Below, in pieces: positions 29,601 to 37,521 of a stretch of 64,000 bases of DNA. Position 1 is the first letter of the stretch; every line of letters starts with the position of its first letter. Under the pieces are notes generated by a model that saw only the letters and a program-made list of their open reading frames with translations, was not told the origin of the DNA and ran no database searches. Made by a program: the position numbers and the translations under genes. This stretch comes from a virus (Duplodnaviria > Caudoviricetes), in IMG/VR virus record IMGVR_UViG_3300048502_000136, positions 34,433 to 98,432 of that record. One strand, 5' to 3'.

Positions 29601-30958
29601 CCAGCGGCAAGGGGATTTACACTTCGACCTCGTTTATTACTCCGCTGAATGGCGTTCTAGGATGGCTCGGGACGGCGCAGATTCAAGGATCGCACTGCGG
29701 CGGGGCGACTGCCTCTACCAATTACTTCAACCTGCTCGGCACGTCTTCCGGCGTTGTGGCGCACGGCACGACTTTCAATGTGAGCTACCCGGCACAGGTC
29801 ACCGACGCGGAGCAGTGTGACAACCTGGCAGTCGTCAACTACATCCCGTCGATGACGATCAACGGGCTTTACGGGAACGGCTACTCGGTCAACTCCAGCG
29901 GGACCGGCTCATGGTCAGGTTTCACCACCACGCCGAATATATCAAACGCAACGTCCGGCAACCCTCTGTACACGACCTCTTGGAATAACGCGGCCAAGGT
30001 CTACGATGGGACAGGGTCCGAGACGGTAAACTTCGGGTGCGCTCAAAACGTGACTGGCGCGGGCACCTCGACCTTTACGACTCAGATGAAGTGCAACCCG
30101 GCCACGTTTACAGGGTCCGCGCTGGGCACTAGCCAAGGCTGGTATTTCGCTTCAGCGCTGCAGGCTAACTCGCTGACTACAGGGCAGAACGGCTTTCTCA
30201 ACTCCGGTGGCTTCATGACGCTTGGGATCGCCCCTTCTACGTTGACCGCTGCCACCACGCTAGCGCCGGGAAACTTCTCACAGTTCGTCTACGTTTCGGG
30301 GTCCGCCTCAATCGAGTACATCACGCCTCCCACCTCATGCGTTACCGTCGGCCAAGGATGCACTGAAACGTTTGTTCCCACAACAGGCTCTACCTGGGGA
30401 TTCATAACAGGCGGCTCGGGCACGCTTACCGGCGCAATCGCGCAACAGTTCACGCCAGTCGTCGGGCAGGCTTACACGGCTACTTTTGACCCAAATACGA
30501 ACCTGTGGAACTTTGCCGGGGCTGTCCCTACGACTGCCGGCGTGACGACCTCGCAGTGCCTTGGTGCGACTTCGGTATCATCTCCATGCCTGGCCTACGA
30601 CAGCGGAGCGCAATCGGGCCTGAGCGCAACCTATGCGGGGTCTACGACCACGCTCACATCGTCGGCCTCAGCCGGTGTGTACCAATTCTGCCCAAACTTC
30701 TACCAGGATTCAGGCACAGGTTCGGTAGCCGGTTCCGCCGTGATCGACGTGACCTGGACGACGCCGGGGGGATTCGCTAACAGCGCAACGCAAATGGAAT
30801 CGCTGGGATTTACTGTGAGCAGCGGCTACAACTGGAATAGCAATTGCTTCTCGGTCGCTACGGGAAGCGGCGCTACCTTATCGACTATCGTCAAGGCTAT
30901 CTCAGGAACAGGCACGGTTAGCTGGGAATACCGTCTCACGGTGGAGAGGCTGCGATGA
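26681..30958 (+). CDS. long Thr/Gly/Ser-rich tail-fibre-like protein with signal peptide
   Basis: MKLLLLLAGTAACPAFA-Q; fibre motifs GDTTTKLATDAFV, YLPLTGGTLTG, GTVTSV. Confidence 0.8.
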   Translation: MKLLLLLAGTAACPAFAQNIAPYLTPGSLKVGTNCNVSDSYYLSPFSGNCFLNGGGGGGSGTVTSVAFTAPAWLTVTGSPITVSGTIALASASLTANYFLAAPNGAAGALSPRAIVLADLPASLFTLTTTGTSGAATYSGGTLNIPQYAGSGGITALTGDVTASGSGSVAATLATVNSNVGSFGSSSAVPVITVNGKGLITAVSTAANPQGTVTTVGGSTSGGFIVSTSSPTTTPAVSVAVDSTHVLPTNTGSATAYLNGAGSYTTPAGGPTLQTNGTNNASQTALNLIAGTNITLANSGANVTITASSTGATAFSALTGSTNTSAAMVVGSGASLAASGTGTITPTTVNGLLAAGTNVTLTGSGTAASPYTIASSGGGGGITGPGTTTTGYAPLWSNTTGTALGAGLLVATTGNSTILETTGAGVISVNTTGTAANLTAAAALPNGTTATTQTAGDTTTKLATDAFVSSLVSGYLPLTGGTLTGALTLPSATFTGSSNGAVNLTYTGTAATGPGTNTVLLSPTQAITTPYTMSYAAAPYTGLTYWTNTSNTMVPSQATAANLQSTLGPTIYGVNYVSGYTAALGYAGVGAAQVAYTSGPSYGVCQNVSYSGSNYIAVNATNGSVTPGTNSAVWYPIPSAATGAATSYDCAMAMSITNSLGSMVLGNNAYSTPYDTCLGIPEPATGLQVSIIGQGPGFNRQPTEIRAICAMQAPISHAALTSGSAPYGIVIKDVAIDGNGYAQQCIALYSEKKGYREHITCRGAISASLPWIEWGASSPPGGYVSGYGNYTNDIYLAGTGNGPSSWATLTATQTSGVPSISGSGGTYANANPPAYLYGFQQASSGASTSTVQPCTTMGTATANMTGTGPYSVSSVTLSGYSGCSGYLFAYVPDISSTSAPIGISENETDSFFGLEEVNNVGVNTGISYNSGSNRIVGDHAYGGMQSTFTNNNPQSLIAGLEVDTPMHIGITDNTSGKGIYTSTSFITPLNGVLGWLGTAQIQGSHCGGATASTNYFNLLGTSSGVVAHGTTFNVSYPAQVTDAEQCDNLAVVNYIPSMTINGLYGNGYSVNSSGTGSWSGFTTTPNISNATSGNPLYTTSWNNAAKVYDGTGSETVNFGCAQNVTGAGTSTFTTQMKCNPATFTGSALGTSQGWYFASALQANSLTTGQNGFLNSGGFMTLGIAPSTLTAATTLAPGNFSQFVYVSGSASIEYITPPTSCVTVGQGCTETFVPTTGSTWGFITGGSGTLTGAIAQQFTPVVGQAYTATFDPNTNLWNFAGAVPTTAGVTTSQCLGATSVSSPCLAYDSGAQSGLSATYAGSTTTLTSSASAGVYQFCPNFYQDSGTGSVAGSAVIDVTWTTPGGFANSATQMESLGFTVSSGYNWNSNCFSVATGSGATLSTIVKAISGTGTVSWEYRLTVERLR

Positions 30959-31004
30959 AATGGCTGAATGGCTGGCAGTCCTAACTAAGTCTGGAAGGAA
31001 CAAA

Positions 31005-32039
31005 ATGGCACATCGGGTGAAACGAGGCAGGTCAGGCTTGAGGTTAAGGTTAAGGTGGTTGCCCGTGGTCGGGTTGGCCAGTTTGCTGGCACTAGGCAGC
31101 CTTGGCCATGCTCAAGCCCCGCCTGCCATGGCCGCTTACATCAACGCAGGCTCAGGCTGGAACCCGTGGACCTCGGCAGCCGGGTTTGGCCAGCTAACTT
31201 TTACCCCCTCGCCAATTGCGCTTTATTGTCAGGCGACTCAAGGTGGTGCGTGGACGCCGTGCAACCCGAGTGGTGGGGGCGGCAGTGGCATTACAGCGCT
31301 GACAGGCGACGTGACAGCGTCAGGCACTGGCTCCGTAGCTGCGACCTTAGCAACCGTCAACGCCGGGCCGGGGACTTGCGGCTCGGCTTCAGTCACGGCA
31401 GGCACAGCGCCGAGCTACTGCTACATTACGACCAACGGCAAGGGACTGATTACGGCCCAGACTGCAGTGGCTTTAGGCACGGCAGCGAGCTACGCAACAG
31501 GCACTTCCGGCGCGCTGGTCCCACTGCTAAATGGCACAAACACCTGGTCAGGCACCCAGACCGTTCCGTCGCTTGTGCTAAGCGGTGGCGGTTGCGTGCA
31601 GAATGGCACATCTTCCTACTCTCAATTGTGTACTCCTGCGTCTGGTCCTGTAGCTACGACATCAACCGCCGGCAACTGGTTTTCGGTCACCAACACCAAC
31701 GCATCTCCTACACTGATCAACACCTGGGGATCAGGCGTTTCCAGCATTCGCAAGGCGCAGATCGACGCCAACGGAATAATCGGCACAAGCGTCGGCGCGG
31801 CGGTCGCGTCTGCCTCGTCGATCACGCCAACTGGTGGAATCTTTCATGTCACCGGCACCACAACCATTGCGACGATAGCCATCGGCCAATACACGGCAAG
31901 CATAGGCGGCTGCATCACGATCATTGCGGACGGCGCGTGGACTCTGGCGACCTCGGGAAACATATCGACCGCCCTTACAGCCGTAGCAGGTACACCCTAT
32001 CAAGGATGCTACGACGGCACCAAGTGGTATGTGAAATAA
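31005..32039 (+). CDS. tail-fibre-like protein with signal peptide
   Basis: basic N-region plus hydrophobic core ending LGHA-Q; VPLLNGTNTWSGTQT fibre motif; shares the ITALTGDVTASG module with the upstream gene. Confidence 0.75.
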   Translation: MAHRVKRGRSGLRLRLRWLPVVGLASLLALGSLGHAQAPPAMAAYINAGSGWNPWTSAAGFGQLTFTPSPIALYCQATQGGAWTPCNPSGGGGSGITALTGDVTASGTGSVAATLATVNAGPGTCGSASVTAGTAPSYCYITTNGKGLITAQTAVALGTAASYATGTSGALVPLLNGTNTWSGTQTVPSLVLSGGGCVQNGTSSYSQLCTPASGPVATTSTAGNWFSVTNTNASPTLINTWGSGVSSIRKAQIDANGIIGTSVGAAVASASSITPTGGIFHVTGTTTIATIAIGQYTASIGGCITIIADGAWTLATSGNISTALTAVAGTPYQGCYDGTKWYVK

Positions 32040-32052
32040 AGGAGAGGCTGCT

Positions 32053-35000
32053 GTGAAATGGCTGACTGCGCTGCTGGCGCTTTGTTTTGCGATTACCTTT
32101 CCCTCATTCGCCACTACCTACTACCTGTCACCTACCGGCAACGACCTGAACTCCGGCACGTCGACCGGCACGCCCTGGCAGACGCCGAATCATGCGCTGA
32201 ATTGCGGCGACGTGATCCAGGCCGCAGCATCGACGGCTTACAATGGCTCGCTGTTTTCAGAGTCGCACTGGGGCACGGTATCCGGCTGCTCGTCATCAAA
32301 TGAGTTTGCCTATCTGAACTGCATTAGCTTCGACGCGTGCAAGATTTCGGGATCGGGCAACTTCACCGGCATATGGGTGGACAAATCGAACTGGGCAGTA
32401 GAGGGATGGGAGGTTACCGTCTCGGGCTCGACAAATACGGCGTGCTTTCAGGCCACCCCAAACACGTCCACGCTTACCTCTATTCACCACATCCTATTCG
32501 CAAACAATGTTGCGAACGGTTGCGATGCGGCCGGATTCTCGACCTACAATCAAGGCTCTGCCGCGAGTGTCGATTACATCGCCATCGTCGGCAACATCGC
32601 CTACAACGCGGCCCAGGGATCGAACCAGTGCGGGTCAGGGATCAGCGTGTATCAGCCGATAGCCTACGATTCAGCAAGCGGCACGCATATCTACATCGCG
32701 GGCAACTTCTCCTACGCAAACACGAACGTAAATCCATGCGGAGGTACTGCTCCGACCGATGGGGAAGGGATTATCCTCGACACGTTCGACGGCTCGCAGG
32801 GTGGGTTGGCCTCCCCTTACTGCCAGCAGGCTGTCGTGCAGAATAACATCGTGTTTTACAACGGCGGCAAAGGGCTCTACGTCTACAACAACCAGGCTGG
32901 CTCGTGTCATGCGCCTATCTATTTCAAGTACAACACGGCGTACGGTGACCTCTTAGACAATAACCAGATTTACTGCCTGCTCAACGGCGATCTAACCAGC
33001 GTCACGGCATCGGACGTATCTGACAGCTACAACCTCGTGCAGACCAACTCGGCTACCGGCTGCGGCGGCAACGCTAAATATGGCTTTTCTATCTCGGGTG
33101 GGGATTCGACTGACACGTTCAACAATAACTACGTGTCGGGTGTCAGCGGCAACAACACGAGCATCTACAACTCCAGCGGGTTCTCTCTTGGATCGGGAAA
33201 CACCATCGGCACCAATCCCACCTTCTCAAATCCCGTGAATCCCGGCGCCCCATCGTGCGGGAGCTCGGCAAACACAGTGGCATGTATGTCCTCGGTGATC
33301 TCCGACTACACTCCTACTGTTTCGGCAGCCACAAGCTACGGCTACCAGATGCCGAGAACGTCGTCTGCGTATGACCCGCTGTACCCTCAGTGGCTCTGTT
33401 CTGCCACACTGCCAGCCGGTATCGTGACGCAGGGGTGCGGAGCGTCCACATGGTATGTCAGGCCAGCGGGTGGTACGCGCTACTCTACCAACGTCACGGC
33501 AGGCCAGTGCAACGGGCTGGCCGATGCTGACTACCCTGGTTCGGGCACGAATCAGGCATGCGCGTTCAATGACGTTCGCTACTTATTTCAGGACGGCACC
33601 TACAACACCGGGCCTGGCGGAGCATACCCGGCCTATGGCTGGATCGGCTCATCCGGCGATACCTATCTGATTCGTGGCTCTATTGGCACCGGTGCGTCCT
33701 ATCGCATCGGCTGGAATAATCCCAACTCGGCAACCTCTGGTTCAGTCTATTGGGGCGTGCCTGGCAACAATGCTTTGGGAATGCCTCCGCCAATCAACGG
33801 CACCTCGGCGGCTCACACGAAGATACTTGGCGAGAACTACGCTTCGTGCCACACGCAGTCATCGAAAACGCAGATTCACGGCGGCTATGGAGTCTACGGC
33901 ATTCTGGACCTGCGCGGCTCGTCTTATGTCGATGTGGCGTGCATCGACTTTACAGACTGGTCGGATTGCGGGCGAGCCAGCCAGACGAACCTCTGCAATA
34001 CAGGCATTGGCACGCTTTCGGATTTCGCTACCAATGGGGTGATGTTCAGCAACACAAGCACGAATCTTACCTTGACCGACATAGACGCTCACGGCCTCGG
34101 CTCTGGTGGGTTCTACGGGCCTACCGGAGGTAACGTCACGATGAACTATATAACCATCGCCGGTAGTCCATTCTCCGACTGGAGTACGGATGATGGAACC
34201 GTAGGAGTCGGCTCCCTAAACGTGACCAATTTCTCCTTCACATGGTCAGGATGCGCAGAGGAGTATCCGATAGTCGATGCCGTCCCTTATCAGGACTGCA
34301 CAGATGACAACTCCGGCGGCTACGGTGACGCTTGGGGCACTGCTAGCATCGTATCCACGACGCCATGGAACATTCACTTCGACCAAGGGGTCGTAGCTTA
34401 CAACACGCAAGATGGACTTGACGCGCTGCATCTGACGGGCGGAGGCACATCTGTAACGGTCACGCGGGTCTTGGCCTATGGCAACATGGGCCAGCAGATC
34501 AAGGTGGGAGGCGCTGGCGGAACAATCATCAACAACCTCATCGTCGGCAACTGCAACGCGCTTAGGCAGGCGATCCCCGGCGTACCGAGTGGCTACAACT
34601 CTAACCTGAGCGACTTCTGCCGGGCTGCTGACGTGGCCATCGCGGTCGCGGTTCAGGACGGCTCAACCCTGACGATTCAGGACAACACAATCCTTGCGGC
34701 CAATGCGACCACCTTTGAGATAGATTGCTCGGCCGGCAGCGCGGGGACTTGCTCGAGCAGCTACTACATGGATTTCCGCAACAACATCTTCCTCGGGTTT
34801 CAGAAGTCGTCGCTCACTGGCTATCCCGGCGTCACGCCTCCCGGAGCCTACTCTAATCCTTACGAGTGGAGCACGGCTGCGGACCCTCTAACGCTGTCCG
34901 GCTCGACTTTCGCCAACAACATCACCTACCACTACAACACGCTCGACTGGTCGTGCCCAGGATCGACGGAAGTCAATGCTCTGTGCGTTGACCCTGGCCT

Positions 35001-35226
35001 AGTTGACGAGACTTGGCACAACTACGGCTACGGCAACATGGCCTTGGCGACGGGCTCTCCTGCGATCCACTCCGGCGTGGCCATCTCAGGGATCACCACG
35101 GACTACGCAGGCGTCACGAGGCCGAATCCGCCCAGCCGAGGGGCATTGGAGTATGTGAGCGCGGGGAGTGGCAATGCCGGTGTGGCGGGCTCGGTCAAGC
35201 TGTCTGGGGCCGTGAGTGTGCAGTAA
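32053..35226 (+). CDS. secreted right-handed beta-helix (polysaccharide lyase-like) protein, two tandem modules
   Basis: MKWLTALLALCFAITFPSFA signal; TYYLSPTGND.NSG..PW and WYVRPAGG module starts; C-terminal GSPAI..G...TDYAG..RP..PSRGALEY. Confidence 0.85.
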   Translation: MKWLTALLALCFAITFPSFATTYYLSPTGNDLNSGTSTGTPWQTPNHALNCGDVIQAAASTAYNGSLFSESHWGTVSGCSSSNEFAYLNCISFDACKISGSGNFTGIWVDKSNWAVEGWEVTVSGSTNTACFQATPNTSTLTSIHHILFANNVANGCDAAGFSTYNQGSAASVDYIAIVGNIAYNAAQGSNQCGSGISVYQPIAYDSASGTHIYIAGNFSYANTNVNPCGGTAPTDGEGIILDTFDGSQGGLASPYCQQAVVQNNIVFYNGGKGLYVYNNQAGSCHAPIYFKYNTAYGDLLDNNQIYCLLNGDLTSVTASDVSDSYNLVQTNSATGCGGNAKYGFSISGGDSTDTFNNNYVSGVSGNNTSIYNSSGFSLGSGNTIGTNPTFSNPVNPGAPSCGSSANTVACMSSVISDYTPTVSAATSYGYQMPRTSSAYDPLYPQWLCSATLPAGIVTQGCGASTWYVRPAGGTRYSTNVTAGQCNGLADADYPGSGTNQACAFNDVRYLFQDGTYNTGPGGAYPAYGWIGSSGDTYLIRGSIGTGASYRIGWNNPNSATSGSVYWGVPGNNALGMPPPINGTSAAHTKILGENYASCHTQSSKTQIHGGYGVYGILDLRGSSYVDVACIDFTDWSDCGRASQTNLCNTGIGTLSDFATNGVMFSNTSTNLTLTDIDAHGLGSGGFYGPTGGNVTMNYITIAGSPFSDWSTDDGTVGVGSLNVTNFSFTWSGCAEEYPIVDAVPYQDCTDDNSGGYGDAWGTASIVSTTPWNIHFDQGVVAYNTQDGLDALHLTGGGTSVTVTRVLAYGNMGQQIKVGGAGGTIINNLIVGNCNALRQAIPGVPSGYNSNLSDFCRAADVAIAVAVQDGSTLTIQDNTILAANATTFEIDCSAGSAGTCSSSYYMDFRNNIFLGFQKSSLTGYPGVTPPGAYSNPYEWSTAADPLTLSGSTFANNITYHYNTLDWSCPGSTEVNALCVDPGLVDETWHNYGYGNMALATGSPAIHSGVAISGITTDYAGVTRPNPPSRGALEYVSAGSGNAGVAGSVKLSGAVSVQ

Positions 35227-35229
35227 AGC

Positions 35230-35260
35230 AAGGGGCCAGTTTCGGCCCCTTCTCTGTTTT
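35230..35260. terminator. intrinsic terminator between convergent operons
   Basis: AAGGGGCC-AGTTTC-GGCCCCTT hairpin followed by a T-rich run. Confidence 0.7.
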
Positions 35261-35444
35261 ACTGAAGATTAAAATCCAACGAGGGCTTGGCCGGGCAAGG
35301 CCCATGCTCGCCACCGCAGCACAGCCAAGGCGGGAAAGGGTCTCCAGCCGAGCCGCAAGTGCCAGGCCCATCAGCGGGGTCAGGCTTGACGGTTAACGTG
35401 CTCATTGGAAGTGCCATCAGTGCCAGTGCGAGGATTGCTTTCAT
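35259..35444 (-). CDS. small secreted Cys/Pro-rich peptide
   Basis: MKAILALALMALPMS... with GGAG SD. Confidence 0.5.
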   Translation of the reverse strand: MKAILALALMALPMSTLTVKPDPADGPGTCGSAGDPFPPWLCCGGEHGPCPAKPSLDFNLQ

Positions 35445-35624
35445 GCGGATAACTCCGTGTGCAGGATGCGCAGTAGGAGAGGAATCCAAAGATGGGCCAG
35501 TCAGAGCCGATATGCTAGCCGGTTGACCGATTTAATTATGGGTGCGGATGAACATCGTCCTCATTTATGTCCCCATCATGTTGATGGTAGGTTGCAGGGG
35601 GAACCGTGCTGATGGGCTTGCTCG

Positions 35625-35987
35625 CTAGCTCCCGGTCTTCGCCGGGATCGCATTCAAAAAGGCCACGGCCGCCGTCACCGCCGCCTCGATCTCTGCCTGC
35701 GTCATCGTGGCCAGCCCATTGGCTGCCGTAAACGAGTTGAACGAACTGGTGACCGACTCGACCACGTTGGCAAGCTTTTGCGGCCCGGTGCCGTTCTGCG
35801 CGCCAGCCGTGATTGCCAACCCCTCGGCGCTGATAACCGCCTTGGTGACGGTATTCCACAGGGGCGAAATGCCAGGGTAAAGAATCTCGATGAAAGGTTC
35901 GGCAGCCGTCGCGGCTTCCGTGCCCAGAGTGAATATTTTCTTCAGAGCCTTACCTACGTCTGAAAGGATGGATGAGAATGATGCCAT
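35625..35987 (-). CDS. putative holin-like/amphipathic lysis protein
   Basis: in lysis cassette; AE.....GxxKL..V pattern reminiscent of LL-H-type holins. Confidence 0.5.
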   Translation of the reverse strand: MASFSSILSDVGKALKKIFTLGTEAATAAEPFIEILYPGISPLWNTVTKAVISAEGLAITAGAQNGTGPQKLANVVESVTSSFNSFTAANGLATMTQAEIEAAVTAAVAFLNAIPAKTGS

Positions 35988-36049
35988 CTGGAGTGTCTCC
36001 TTGGTTGGTTGGTTGCCCGTGTCTAAGTTAGCTGGCTTGGCTTGGCTCG

Positions 36050-36352
36050 CTAGCCGCCCTGCCTATTTTCCAGCCTGCGATAAATCCCTTCGATCCTATC
36101 CTCCAACCCTTTAATCCGATCTTTAAGGTTGGCAATAGTTTCGTCCCGTGTAGCTAATAATATCTTAGTCTGGGTGCGGTCGTCCAGCAGCTTGTCGAGC
36201 ATTTCCTGAAACTCGATCATGCGCTTGGAGTTTTCTTCGTTGGTGATGTATTTTCTGAGGACGGCCCCGAAGGCGGCAAACAACACGAACAGCATCGTAA
36301 GGATATTGCCTATGCTGATCTGTCCGTTAAACGAGGGGGCGGAGTCGGGCAT
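36050..36352 (-). CDS. single-TM coiled-coil protein (holin/XhlA-like)
   Basis: ISIGNILTMLFVLFAAFGAVL followed by a coiled coil. Confidence 0.6.
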   Translation of the reverse strand: MPDSAPSFNGQISIGNILTMLFVLFAAFGAVLRKYITNEENSKRMIEFQEMLDKLLDDRTQTKILLATRDETIANLKDRIKGLEDRIEGIYRRLENRQGG

Positions 36353-36839
36353 CTGCGAGGAGTCCTTCCGCGTTCTTCTGCAACGCTTCTTGCAGGTGGC
36401 CCATGAGCAGGATTTTCTGGCGCCTGTCCTGCAACTTGTGCAGCCGGGTGACTTCCATCTGACTCATGGCTTGATCGACCGCGTTACAGATGCACAGTAT
36501 CTCGGGGATCGCCATGATGAATCCGGCTGCGACCACGACGGCGACCACGGCGGTTACATCAGTAACCACGCTCGAAGCCTCGTAATGCCTGCCGGTTACC
36601 ACTACGTCAATCCTAGCAGCGCGCGCGGCGGCGAATGCAAGAAATAAAGCGGCGAACTCAAAAAACAGAGCCCGGTGACGCATCCTCGTTTTCAAGCCGA
36701 GAAAGACCATGCCCATGCAGATAGACAAACACGACAACCACAATACCGTGTTGTCCACGAGGAACGCTGCGAACAGCCACTTGTGACCAAGTAGGTAAGC
36801 CGAGTGCGGGGTCGGCCACCACCCGCCGAAAAGCATCAT
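36327..36839 (-). CDS. multi-TM protein resembling an ethylene-receptor-like sensor membrane domain; candidate holin
   Basis: three hydrophobic helices; ATGA-coupled to the endolysin. Confidence 0.6.
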   Translation of the reverse strand: MMLFGGWWPTPHSAYLLGHKWLFAAFLVDNTVLWLSCLSICMGMVFLGLKTRMRHRALFFEFAALFLAFAAARAARIDVVVTGRHYEASSVVTDVTAVVAVVVAAGFIMAIPEILCICNAVDQAMSQMEVTRLHKLQDRRQKILLMGHLQEALQKNAEGLLADARLRPLV

Positions 36840-37351
36840 TGGCCTCCTCCGAAGACAGACTGGTGTGCGTCATAGATACTAAGGACTTTGCCTGCGCGCT
36901 CGGGGTCTGTGGACCAGGATTTCGAGACTTTGGTGATGAATTCAGGCCCGGAAACAGCCGCCAGAGCCTCCTGATACGCTGGATAGCTCGCCGCCAGATG
37001 TCGTAATAACGCCATTCTCGCTGCAAAGCACGCCTCCCATGACGGAAACTGGACCCAGTTGGCAGAAACGCTGACCCAGTGGCCGTGAAGAAACTCGCGG
37101 GTGGGCAAGGTAAGCGTGGTGGTAGCAGGCAGCGGTGGATGGGACTGTTTCTGGCCGAACAGGTTGTTCGCTTTCAAGGCGAGTTGAGAGAGGCCCCAGG
37201 CTGACTCAAGGGCACTTTCGGCGGCGGCGTACTCAGGGAAGATATGGCCGGCGGCTTTGGCATCTGCACAGGCTTCCAAGAGGAACCGGTCGTGCAGGGT
37301 GGTAAGACTGGTGGGCGTGGCGGGCGCTGGCGTGGCCGTGGTTTCCGGCAT
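36836..37351 (-). CDS. endolysin, GH73 (FlgJ/glucosaminidase-like)
   Basis: AAAESALESAWG.S.LA.KANNLFG.K, T.EF, F.SW...F, WSTDP. Confidence 0.88.
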   Translation of the reverse strand: MPETTATPAPATPTSLTTLHDRFLLEACADAKAAGHIFPEYAAAESALESAWGLSQLALKANNLFGQKQSHPPLPATTTLTLPTREFLHGHWVSVSANWVQFPSWEACFAARMALLRHLAASYPAYQEALAAVSGPEFITKVSKSWSTDPERAGKVLSIYDAHQSVFGGGQ

Positions 37352-37521
37352 TACTGGGCCTCGGGGCAAGGGAGGGTGGCCGGAAAGCCTGCGCTGGCTT
37401 GACTAACTGATCTGGCTGGGCTGGCTTGGGGTCGCCGCATATTATATACGCCTCGGTTGCACCCAGACTGTCGGGTACAACACGAGGTCATGATAAACGG
37501 GTATGCGAGGTTAGGGAAAGT

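Noticed and set aside
31055-32056. 333-aa alternative-frame ORF over the fibre gene
   Set aside because: Arg/His-rich off-frame product of biased codons with no domain motifs, unlike the nested HNH.
23074-35226. Diversity-generating retroelement or invertible tail-fibre system
   Set aside because: No reverse transcriptase, TR/VR pair or invertase seen in the window.
37351-37440. 29-codon uORF coupled (TAATG) to the endolysin
   Set aside because: Its ATG directly abuts a TATAAT box, so it is probably upstream of the TSS; made largely of AGCC repeats.
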